A DNA stretch of 62,720 bases, filler included, from Asterionella formosa (taxonomy: Eukaryota): NCBI GenBank assembly GCA_002256025.1. It is 17 parts of 17 records of this genome, joined end to end, with 100 filler letters (N's around TTAATTAATTAA, not from the genome) between each part and the next. Parts side by side here need not be neighbours in the genome. Positions count along the whole stretch, not along the records: positions 12,125 to 14,041 come from NKIB01000858.1; positions 14,142 to 16,057 come from NKIB01000859.1; positions 16,158 to 18,069 come from NKIB01000860.1; positions 18,170 to 20,085 come from NKIB01000861.1; positions 20,186 to 22,101 come from NKIB01000862.1; positions 22,202 to 52,657 come from NKIB01000863.1; 11 more parts are not named here. One strand, written 5' to 3'. The notes under the pieces were generated by a model, which saw only the letters and a program-made list of their open reading frames with translations, was not told where the DNA came from and searched no databases. This document shows positions 12,125-23,418 of the stretch, piece after piece. Both the position numbers and the translations under genes were made by a program. Position 1 is the first letter of the stretch. The number at the start of each line of letters is the position of its first letter.

Positions 12125-14041
12125 CATTAATTGATGGTGTACCCAAGGCATGAAATAGATCACGAGCTCGCTTAGCTCTCTGAAATTGACGTTCAGTGTA
12201 AAATGTTTTGTTTTCTTCAAGTGTAATTAACATTTGAGCATTCTCCGCTCTAATTCTTGTAGTTGGCTTGAAAACATATAAGTTCATCCCAATTCTTTCA
12301 AATCGAACTGTTTTGTCAGGCAAATGAACAATGAATGCATCTTCTTTCTCAGAGTCGTAGGTAATTCTGTACCTATCCGCCATTTCGGCATAACTGAAGA
12401 TGTTTGTGATAGCCTTTTCATTAAACCATACTTCTCCCCATTCTGGAAGATCAGCCTTCATATTAGTTACCATGGATCCACCATTTGTGGCCAGGTGCAT
12501 GCTTCCGTTGGTTGACATTCGAATGTTATTAACCATTTTTGGATTGCAAAAGACTGTGACACTTGATTGATTATCCAATAGTATCCAGTCACGCATCTCA
12601 GATGCTTGGTAAAATTGTAGTTTCATATGAGCTCCCATCCATCCAAATTGATTGGCATTTGCTTGTTGTGAAGCTTGTGATGACGGCGGGTTGTTGGAAT
12701 TAACAGAGGTAACTGTACTCGTGTCGGATGTATTAGTAGCCTGTGCCTGTGCATGGCTTTGGGCCTTGTTGATAGCCCATTCCTCTTTGGGTTTATTCTT
12801 GTCTCGGCACGAAGGAGATTTGTGACCTGCTCTACCGCAGCAGTAACATTTTCCTTCTAACTGTGCAAACGATAAGTTCACATCTTCGTCTTCCTTGCCT
12901 GCATCCTTTTGTTTCCTCTCTTTATCATTATCTCTTGGTTTCTTGTAGACAGATTTATTTGTTACGTCAAACCGATGGTTGCTGAGAACATTATTTGATT
13001 CGGTGATGGTCTTTGGGTATTGATCGTTGCCGAGTGATTGTTGAGTGTTCAGCCCGGTCATAATTGAACCGTTTTTAGCTTTATCGGCATTATCGAGATA
13101 TAAATATGCCATAAATTGACTGGAAGCTTGTTCGCGAAATTTATCTCGTTGCTTGATGTCGTTCTCATTGTATCCTTCCATGGCTTCAATGAACTTGGTG
13201 AGGATAATGGGTCCTCCCATGTGTGACTTGAGCACATCTTGTGCCACACGAAATCTCTTGGTGTAGTCTTGTAGACTTTCTCCTTCTTTTTGCTTTGTGA
13301 ATAAGAGCGTTCTCAACGCATCTAAAATGATCGACATTGAATATCGATTCTCTTGAAAATTTAATGCGTGTTCTTTAATTGCCATAAGCAATGTTATTGG
13401 GTTATTTTTGATCCTATTGTAATCGGATCTTGCTTCAATCTTGTTCTTCATGGCTTTGTTGCATCTTTCCCAGAGCAACGCATATGCCTTGGTATAATTA
13501 TTTTCGTAGGCCTGTACCCTTTTACTGTAGGTGTCATAGTCAGCCTTAAATTCGATCTCAGATTGCCGATTCTCTGCGGCGTGATCTTCTTCTGTTGTTG
13601 CAATGCTCACTTGCATTCTTGGCTTCCATGCCAATGTGTTGATTGGTTCTAATAACTCGAGCGCGGTTCCTATGTCGTTGCCATAGTCGAACACTTTCTT
13701 GATATGATTGATGAGGTACTCAGTAGTAGTCTCATAATCAGATGCCTGCTTCGATGATCCGAGGTAGTAGTTATAGTCATTGACTGACTTCTTGATTGAT
13801 TGAGAAGCAATATTGCTCCCTCCCTTGGCTTAAAACTTGCCCTTGGCTTGAGCCTTCTTGGTAAACTTTCCTTTGCCACTCATGATGCGCCCTGTGCGAC
13901 TTCTTCAGACTCTGGATGGTCTGGTACCCTCAGATCTTGTCTCCGGACTCTCAATTGTCCGCTTGTTGTTGATTGTGGTATCACGGCTCTTCCTGGCCGG
14001 CTAATTCTATTAAAACTGTTGAAATTGCGTCCCGAAGCACT
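12125..14041 (-). mobile_element. CoDi-like Copia family 3: LTR end (14017-14041), leader, then gag-protease from ATG 13883 with an early in-frame TAA
   Basis: CYCCGRAGHKSPSC knuckle and WILLDNQS protease motif; homologous to 31357-31900, 34520-36400 and 60940-62720. Confidence 0.9.
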
Positions 14042-14141
14042 NNNNNNNNNNNNNNNNNNNNNNNNNNNNNNNNNNNNNNNNNNNNTTAATTAATTAANNN
14101 NNNNNNNNNNNNNNNNNNNNNNNNNNNNNNNNNNNNNNNNN

Positions 14142-16057
14142 ACATAGTAGACCTCATCCAATAGATTTGTAACAAATGTAGTATCCTTGACACCGTCGCT
14201 TAGGCTGACATACTCAGCTTCTGTGCTTGATGTTGTTACAATGTTCTGTCCTTTGGATGACCAAGTCATCAAGGAGCGTGCTCCAATAGTTCCGAGATAT
14301 GCACTTGTACTTTTGCGAGTATCAGGGTTAATTGCAAATGCACTGTCAACAACATCCATTGGGCGCATTTCTTTTGGGGTTCGCATCTTCATATGCTGAT
14401 GTTTCTTGTCTGCATATAAGAATCCCAACAGACGTTCAATTGCCTTCCAATGAGCCTCTCCTGGATTCTCCAGATGCTGAGACAATTCTCGACATGCATT
14501 GGCACAAATCGGAGATATCTTCTTTACAAAGTATAAGATTTTTCCAACCATGGATCTGTATTCACTATGTAGAACAGTTTGGGCATCAATCTTGGACAAA
14601 CTTGTACCTGGTAATCCGGGAGTTGGTGCAATTGCGGGATAACGTCCAAAGAGATTCTTATAATCTTCGAACATTCCTTCAACGAAAACCTCCATAGTAG
14701 ATTCAAGAAATCTTCCATCAGCATCCTCTCTCCAGTCATACCAAACTCCTAAATGTTTCTTGATTGGTCCGAGTTCCTTCATGGTGAAATGCTTCTTGGC
14801 TTCAGCCTTAAGCCAGTCAACATCGGCTTGTTCTCCTGCAACAATGCAGTCATCAACAAAGATACAAACAATTAGAACCAATTTCAAATCACGTTTCAAG
14901 AAGAAAATGCATGGATCCACTTTGCTCTGTTTCATTCCAATGAGAATCAGACGCTCCACAAATTTCTTGTACCACTGTCGTGCAGCCTGCAACGTTCCAT
15001 ACATGGCTTTACTTAGAAGAATACAATTTTCTGAGACAACCACCTTGTTGTCTTCAAAGCCAAACTCAACAACGCCTTCAGGCCATTCAAGGTAGATGTC
15101 TTCCTCTAAATCTCCTTCAAGAAAGAATGCTTTGACATCAATGACCTCCAAAGTCCATGTCTTCTTGTGCATGGTGATTGCAAAGACAACTCTGATACTT
15201 GTATCCGTAGCCACAGGTGCAAACGAGTCGGTAAAATCAACACCGGGGATTTGGAAATATCCCTTGACGACCACACGTGCCTTGTAGCGTGTAGTCAAGT
15301 CTTGTTCCTTCTTTTTCTTGAAGACCCATCGACTCCCAAGCGGCTTGCGTCCATGCAATTCTGATCTTGGGAATGTTGACCAGACTTTTCGTTTTATAAA
15401 ATTATTAATTTCACTTTTGATTGCTGGAATCCATTTTTCTCTGTCATCTGCTTTCAGTGCCGCACTGTAGGTCTTGGGTTCACCTGGATCTGATGCAAGT
15501 GTAGAGCTATAGATGTAATGAACCTCCATGGATGAAGTAGGCTTAGAATCCAGATCATCATCATCATCATCTACAATATTATGCAATCTTCCAGAATGTA
15601 GTGTAGACATCGTTGGAGCAGTTTCATGACCAAGTTTCTTGAGCTCTCGTTCAGCTCTTGTAATAGCAGGTTTTGAAGTATATGAAGCTTCATTCCTCCC
15701 TGCTTCAGATACCTGCAAGTCATTAAGAGTCGAAAGTGATCCAGTCTCATCATCTGGGATGACAGTCAGAGTTGGTGCAACAGGTTGGTCAAGTTCCTCC
15801 TCAAACTCAATTTCATCAATCCCAGTCTTGAACATGGTCAGATCATTGGTAGGTTTTGTTTCTCCATGCCATTCAATCCATTTTACATCATGGCTCTGAA
15901 TCACCTTCTTGGTTATAGTGTTAAAGAGTCGGTAGGTATCACCTGAGTGGTTTTCAGAGTATCCAATCATGACACATTTAATTGCTTTATCATCAAGCTT
16001 ATTCACAGGAGTTCTTATGGTGACATATCCAATTCGTCCAAATTGGATCAAGTGTTC
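14142..16057 (-). CDS. Ty1/Copia pol fragment: integrase C-terminus, reverse transcriptase, RNase H
   Basis: KLDDKAIKCVMIGYS, EPKTY, RWVFKKK..RYKARVV.KG..QIPGVDF, IFVDD, DSAFA..PDTRKSTS, SSTEAEY. Confidence 0.95.
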
Positions 16058-18169
16058 NNNNNNNNNNNNNNNNNNNNNNNNNNNNNNNNNNNNNNNNNNN
16101 NTTAATTAATTAANNNNNNNNNNNNNNNNNNNNNNNNNNNNNNNNNNNNNNNNNNNNATTAAACCCGGTTTAACTGGGGGTTTAATTTTTTGGTTTAATT
16201 AAACCATAACTGTACGCACGATCATCGTAGGAATATACACTGTACGAGTACATAAAATTAGCTATTACACTGTAGTACCTGGTACCTGGTACCGGTCGTA
16301 TACACAAATTAAATCCCATCCTCATTCATGTACCGGTACCTGGTACCTGGTACCAGATGCTCGGTATTTCGGTATGCAGCAGCGGTAAGGAGAGGAAGGT
16401 GTGACTGATGGGACACCAACAGCAGGTGAAGGAGGGAAGTATGAGCTGCCAGTTTGTTTTTGGAACTATATGCTTGGGTTGTACTCCCAGTAGATCGAGA
16501 TGCAATGTCGCCTAGTTTTGAAACTAAGGTGGATGACATCAGCCAGTCGACTCTCATCTTGAAGGAGTGTTGACTCCTGACTACTAGTTATTGGTGGTAG
16601 CAGGAGTGACAAGTATGCAGAATGATGATTGAGAGTCCAGAAATGCCTCAAATGTGGTGTTTGAAGAAGTTTTCAACAATTAACAAGTTGATGAACAAAC
16701 AGAAATGATGCAGGATGTGTGTCAAAGAGGTAGGAGGGAGAAAGCAATTCTGTCAGTATTGTAGTCTTTCTGTTTCACCAAAAACTATTTGTTCTGTGGT
16801 AGGAATGCAAAAAGTTGGAATTAGGTTTGTAAGGTTGCTGAAAATTTTACAAGGGTTGAGCAGGATATAGTAAGAAAGGTAGAGTATTGTTGCTTGGCAA
16901 AGCGTTGTGTGGGATATGATGACTGCCCTACTTTGAGCTGCGTTTTTTTTCACTGCCACATTGCAAATTGACAAAATGTATGAGGTATATATTCCAGATA
17001 GAACAGTGCCACAGATTAGATTGCCAATCAATTGAGGATATCTGCTAATCATCACACTGGTGGTCATACACAGGTAGTATGTGTTTAGGTTATTATTACA
17101 CAGCTGCATGATTTCATACAACTGTAGCTACATCACCATTTTTCATTAGCTATATATTGATTGTTTTCACTTCATTTTGGGTATATGTATATTAGACATA
17201 TACACACACCCCTATAATAAAAGACTTGGTCCTCTATTTACTGTAATATAGTGCTATAGTATATGTACTCGTGGTGACTCCATATTAAGTACTAGGTACT
17301 CTAAATACATAAAATGGTCTATTCCCGGATACACGTACCCTGGTACGGTACCTGGTACACTGGTAACCAGTCGATACGAGCAAATCAGGCGCCGGTACCA
17401 GTACTAGGTACTGGTACCTGGTACCACAACCGGTATTGTCGCAAAGAATACCTTTGTGCAGTGTACTGGAGTACTAGTAAACTAATAGTGCTAGCTTCCA
17501 CTACGGGTTTAACTGGGAGTTTAATTTTTTACGACTACGTTCCCGGTACGTGCATACAGCTGGGACTGGTACCGAGGTACCAGGTAGTCTACCTCGAAAA
17601 ACGCCACCGACTTGTAGGAGTTTCCTGGTACCTGGTACCAGGTACCTGGTACCATGTAAGTCCTTTTGTATAGCATGCTAACTGGTACTACAAGCTACTA
17701 ACTATCTACGACAAGCTACCGTTTCCGTATGTACTTTCGCTCAACTACGTTTATTTCTGGATCTAGACTACCGCATATAAATAATACACGACGGGATTCA
17801 AGCAACAACGACGAAGTATCATGACCCTTCCATGGATCAATCCCGTTTTATCAGTTACAACAATCATTGCTATAAAAGCTTCCCACGTTTCATTTTAGAC
17901 TGTGTACCGGTAGACTACCGGGACTTGACAAAATGCCATGATCTCATCGACTTTGGCACAGCTGTTATTCTTGTTGGTGTTGTTTATTACAACGAGAACC
18001 TACGTGGCCCTGAAGCAGACATCATCACGTCGACGATTTTTGCTATCTGGCACAACAACTGGTACATCTNNNNNNNNNNNNNNNNNNNNNNNNNNNNNNN
18101 NNNNNNNNNNNNNTTAATTAATTAANNNNNNNNNNNNNNNNNNNNNNNNNNNNNNNNNNNNNNNNNNNN

Positions 18170-19006
18170 AATGGGTCAAACTTGAACTTTTCCCAAAAGT
18201 CAAGTTTATCACAGGTGATATTGAACTTGATGAAAGGGGACCAACTAGTCTGGCACTCTCATTTCGTGCTCACTTCCCAAGTCTATTCATGGGAACCGAT
18301 AAGGAGTTCGAGTCAATTTGGCAGACATATAAGAATGATATTAATAAAGTGATGTCTGAGAAAAGAAATGCCGTTGTTACCACTCTCAAACATGCCTTTG
18401 CCAGTAAGTAAACAACTTGACTTGGTGGTATGCCTGATTTGTTCTTGACTTGGTTAACATACTCATTGTTTACTACTTACAAATCATTCCATTCCAATCT
18501 GCAAAACTTCAGGACTTTTTCGTGATGGTGTGCACATTCATCTGAATAAGCATACCATCTCCAACAGCCGTTCTGTTTCTATTCAGGAGACAGGTGATGG
18601 AGAAGGAACCAAGAATCATCCTTTCTTCCTTCTAGTTGAGTACTTTTATTCCAGGGTTAGGCGAAAGCTGTCTTGGAAACAACAGTGTGCTAAGAAGCAT
18701 GTCAGTGACATTGTTAGTGTTTCTGACGAGGTTTTTTCATTGTTGGTCTTGGAGAATTGTTGGGATGTCTGGTTGCATAAGGCAATGATGAAAGGTCATG
18801 AAGATGATACTCCTGCACCAAAATACGTTTATACCGGTACTGGAGGACAGGGAAAGAGATATGGTGGCTGGGACGCAAAGGGATATGCCAGGTTCAACAG
18901 CCTGTATGACATAGTTGTTCATCAAAGGACAACTGCCATGAGCAGGCAGTTGGAGATCAGTTTTAAGTCCAATCTTCTTGTTTTGGCTGGAGTTTCACAA
19001 GGTTAG
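18170..19006 (+). CDS. Unknown, probably spliced protein (upstream exon WVKLELFPKVKFI...KHAFA, donor GTAAG at 18404); probable transposon accessory protein
   Basis: Motif SDE(A/V)FSLLVLEN.W..W...KY....GW...G..RFN.L; duplicated at 20186-21022. Splice acceptors are unresolved. Confidence 0.55.
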
Positions 19007-19072
19007 TCACTTCGGGGAAGTGAACAAAGTGGAATTGTTGAAATGATGTTCATTGAAAATATTGACTAACTG

Positions 19073-19723
19073 ATGGACATTTTCATTGAAGTTACGCCAG
19101 GGAACAACAGTGTGCCTGCCATTAGCGTTCGTAATGATCTAGTGGCCATTTCTCTTCCAGTAAGCACAACTCCGGCATCTTCCATCAGTGGATTGACTCC
19201 ACAAGTTATTTCAGGAAGAACTTCAAGGATAACAACTGGTAGTACTAAGAGTGCAAAGAGTTCAAAGAGTACAAAGAGTTTGAACGTGATTATTCACTTT
19301 CCCCCAGACCAAGTCAAGGGTGCCACAGATTGGTACTTCCAAGAGATGAAGAAAAAGATGTATGTGGAGCTTCGGATGAAGAAAAAGAGTGAAATTTATA
19401 AGGCTTGTATTGATCAGAACATTGCACCCCCAGACCTTTTTGGAGATGAAATTAAAGAAGGGATGATGAATGACGAGAGCTACATTAAAAAGTTCGAGGA
19501 GGTTGCAGCAAAGGGCGAGAAGAAATACAAAGTGGCTAAGAAGAAGATCTACGCAAAGTTGCACAGGGACTTTTACAGGTTCAAGAAAAGCAAATTAGAC
19601 GAAGAATCAGTGGAGACGACAGATGAAAGAATCAAGGTGACAAATGAAACTAGGAGTGAATATGAGTATTTCAAACGGTCAATGAAAGAAGTTGCAAGAC
19701 AATTGAACTTCACTCCAGTTTAG
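19073..19723 (+). CDS. Hypothetical 216-aa protein with an S/T-rich N-terminus and a K/E-rich helical C-terminus
   Basis: Open in both duplicate contigs with only a few substitutions. Confidence 0.55.
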   Translation: MDIFIEVTPGNNSVPAISVRNDLVAISLPVSTTPASSISGLTPQVISGRTSRITTGSTKSAKSSKSTKSLNVIIHFPPDQVKGATDWYFQEMKKKMYVELRMKKKSEIYKACIDQNIAPPDLFGDEIKEGMMNDESYIKKFEEVAAKGEKKYKVAKKKIYAKLHRDFYRFKKSKLDEESVETTDERIKVTNETRSEYEYFKRSMKEVARQLNFTPV

Positions 19724-20185
19724 TGAAAATGAATTTCAATTTTGACGAATTGACTATTGTCAAAGGGCAAATGAACTACTAGGAACCAAAATTATTACTA
19801 ATATTACTGATTTACTAATTCAATTGTTGACAGCAACTCATTCTTTCCTTCTTTTTCTATATTGTACTTGCTAGAGTTATCGCTCTTTCGAGTATTTGTA
19901 GCTGCTCCGAAAAGAAGACGGTCATTGCGGCACATCTCAATTTTGACTCACTACGGCGACATGCATTGAATGTTAAAATATGCAGCAGCTGTTTCAAAAC
20001 GAATTTATGAATTCGATCGTTGACAGCTGCTCCTCCTCTGCTTCTTTTTCTATCTTGTACTTGCTCGACTTATTGCTGTAGACTANNNNNNNNNNNNNNN
20101 NNNNNNNNNNNNNNNNNNNNNNNNNNNNNTTAATTAATTAANNNNNNNNNNNNNNNNNNNNNNNNNNNNNNNNNNNNNNNNNNNN

Positions 20186-22101
20186 AATGGGTCAAACTTG
20201 AACTTTTCCCAAAAGTCAAGTTTATCACAGGTGATATTGAACTTGATGAAAGGGGACCAACTAGTCTGGCACTCTCATTTCGTGCTCACTTCCCAAGTCT
20301 ATTCATGGGAACCGATAAGGACTTCGAGTCAATTTGGCAGACATATAAGAATGATATTAATAAAGTGATGTCTGAGAAAAGAAATGCCGTTGTTACCACT
20401 CTCAAACATGCCTTTGCCAGTAAGTAAACAACTTGACTTGGTGGTATGCCTGATTTGTTCTTGACTTGGTTAACATACTCATTGTTTACTACTTACAAAA
20501 CATTCGATTCCAATCTACAAAACTTCAGGACTTTTTCGTGATGGTATGCACATTCATCTGAATAAGCATACCATCTCCAACAGCCGTTCTGTTTCTATTC
20601 AGGAGACAGGTGATGGAGAAGGAACCAAGAATCATCCTTTCTTCCTTCTAGTTGAGTACTTTTATTCCAGGGTTGGGCGAAAGCTGTCTTGGAAACGACA
20701 GTGTGCTAAGAAGCATGTCAGTGACATTGTTAGTGTTTCTGACGAGGCTTTTTCATTGTTGGTCTTGGAGAATTGTTGGGATGTCTGGTTGCATAAGGCA
20801 ATGATGAAAGGTCATGAAGATGATACTCCTGCACCAAAATACGTTTATACCGGTACTGGAGGACAGGGAAAGAGATATGGTGGCTGGGACGCAAAGGGAT
20901 ATGCCAGGTTCAACAGCCTGTATGACATAGTTGTTCATCAAAGGACAACTGCCATGAGCAGGCAGTTGGAGATCAGTTTTAAGTCCAATCTTCTTGTTTT
21001 GGCTGGAGTTCCACAAGGTTAGTCACTTCGGGGAAGTGAACAAAGTGGAATTGTTGAAATGATGTTCATTGAAAATATTGACTAACTGATGGAAATTTTC
21101 ATTGAAGTTACGCCAGGGAACAACAGTGTGCCTGCCATTAGAGTTCGGAATGATCTAGTGGCCATTTATCTTCCAGTAAGCACAACTCCGGCATCTTCCA
21201 TCAGTGGATTGACTCCACAAGTTATTTCAGGAAGAACTTCAAGGATAACAACTGGTAGTACTAAGAGTGCTAAGAGTTCAAAGAGTACAAAGAGTTTGAA
21301 CGTGATTATTCACTTTCCCCCAGACCAAGTCAAGGGTGCCACAGATTGGTACTTCCAAGAGATGAAGAAAAAGATGTATGTGGAGCTTCGGATGAAGAAA
21401 AAGAGTGAAATTTATAGGGCTTGTATTGATCAGAACATTGCACCCCCAGACCTTTTTGGAGATGAAATTAAAGAAGGGATGATGAATGACGAGAGCTACA
21501 TTAAAAAGTTCGAGGAGGTTGCAGCAAAGGGCGAGAAGAAATACAAAGTGGCTAAGAAGAAGATCTACGCAAAGTTGCACAGGGACTTTTACAGGTTCAA
21601 GAAAAGCAAATTAGACGAAGAATCAGTGGAGACGACAGATGAAAGAATCAAGGTGGCGAATGAAACTAGGAGTGAATATGAGTATTTCAAACGGTCAATG
21701 AAAGAAGTTGCAAGACAATTGAACTTCACTCCAGTTTAGTGAAAATGAATTTCAATTTTGACGAATTGACTATTGTCAAAGGGCAAATGAACTACTAGGA
21801 ACCAAAATTATTACTAATATTACTGATTTACTAATTCAATTGTTGACAGCAACTCATTCTTTCCTTCTTTTTCTATATTGTACTTGCTAGAGTTATCGCT
21901 CTTTCGAGTATTTGTAGCTGCTCCGAAAAGAAGACGGTCATTGCGGCACATCTCAATTTTGACTCACTACGGCGACATGCATTGAATGTTAAAATATGCA
22001 GCAGCTGTTTCAAAACGAATTTATGAATTCGATCGTTGACAGCTGCTCCTCCTCTGCTTCTTTTTCTATCTTGTACTTGCTCGACTTATTGCTGTAGACT
22101 A
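20186..22101 (+). repeat. Near-identical duplicate of contig 18170-20085 (ORFs 20546-21022 and 21089-21739)
   Basis: Same ends and length; scattered SNPs. Confidence 0.95.
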
Positions 22102-22319
22102 NNNNNNNNNNNNNNNNNNNNNNNNNNNNNNNNNNNNNNNNNNNNTTAATTAATTAANNNNNNNNNNNNNNNNNNNNNNNNNNNNNNNNNNNNNNNNNNN
22201 NAAAACTTCACATGAAACAGTTAAAAGTAATCTTTTTTACGTGAAGAGTGGCATTAATGCATGTGAAGTACCACATAATTAACACTCATACGTAGACGAA
22301 ATTTCGAAAAGTGGCGTAT

Positions 22320-23055
22320 TTCGCGTCTTAGATGTTGTACTATCGCGCTTTGCTACATTTATACTACGAGTTCATATCACAAGCTACATAAATACTCAGC
22401 TAGAGAGATTCAATAGTGCTGGAGCAGCGTGGCGATCACGCTTGCTCAGACTGGAATGATCAGGGTTGCTTGTTGCTTTGTTGGGCGGAGGAATGACTGT
22501 GGCGGAAATACTGCTACTGGTGTCAGGCTACTACTACAGCGATGCGCATGGCTGCAGCAACCAGACCGTTTACGCTACATAACGATGCAGGTCTAAATTG
22601 GGTTCAACTTTTTTCTTCTTCTTTGGGTCTTCGATTGTGTGGTGACGGAAGTCAATGTTGCCTGTGTAAGTACTACAATGATTCACAATGCATACATCTC
22701 CATTGAAACTCCTATTTTTTCCTTCATTTCTAACCCAAAACAATTTTTTCTATTTCTTTTTTGATGCAACTTATTACATCGCATTTCATACTTTGGTTGC
22801 TACAAACATCATGTTCAATTTTCATTGATGTTGCATGTTTTTACTATCATTCTCGTCTGTTATACGCTTGTTGTACGATCTCCATGCATGTTACCGTTAC
22901 TCTGTCTGTCATGCCAAAAATCGGCAATTTTAATGCCGAAAAATTCGATGTGCCCCATATTGCCCCTAAATAGAAATTGCTTAAGAAATTACTTAGAGCC
23001 TAAAAATTACTTAGAAGTACCCGAATGGCAAGACGATAGCTGGAGCGGGAATTGC
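22320..23055 (+). mobile_element. Repeat family A, right end with imperfect ~34-bp TIR (23022-23055)
   Basis: Matches 52090-52657. Ends CGAATGGCAAGACGATAGCTGGAGCGGGAATTGC, the inverted counterpart of GCAATTCCCGCTCTAGCTATCGTCGCGTCATTCG at 45391-45424. Confidence 0.75.
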
Positions 23056-23418
23056 TAATATAATCTGCCAGTACTGGAATATAACATTACCCAGTAGCCC
23101 TGTAGATAATTTGTGTACCAGGTAGCGGGATCGCTCACATCTCACATGGTACTGGTACCATACCTGGTATGGTACCTGGTACCTGGTACCTGGTGTACCT
23201 TCTTGGACCAGTACATTTTTATTGTTATGAACTCAGTGTACGATGCATATGCATCGTGTCTGTACGCGGGTTACCGGCAGTTTATTTCATAATTATATTT
23301 CACCACAAGATGCCGGTATCATTATTCTCCGGTATCTAGGACTCAGCAAAAAACCTGGCGCCATTGACACTGGTAGGTAGTCCAGTCCACTCCTCCTTGG
23401 TGTCATTGGAAGATAGCA

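Noticed and set aside
16158..16205. TAAACCC/GGGTTTA as telomeric repeats
   Set aside because: Isolated single units that are part of a short direct repeat with 17505-17530.
20186..22101. Tandem gene duplications (also 4043-5966 and 54772-56683)
   Set aside because: These are separate contigs with identical ends, most likely haplotigs or assembly-graph bubbles.
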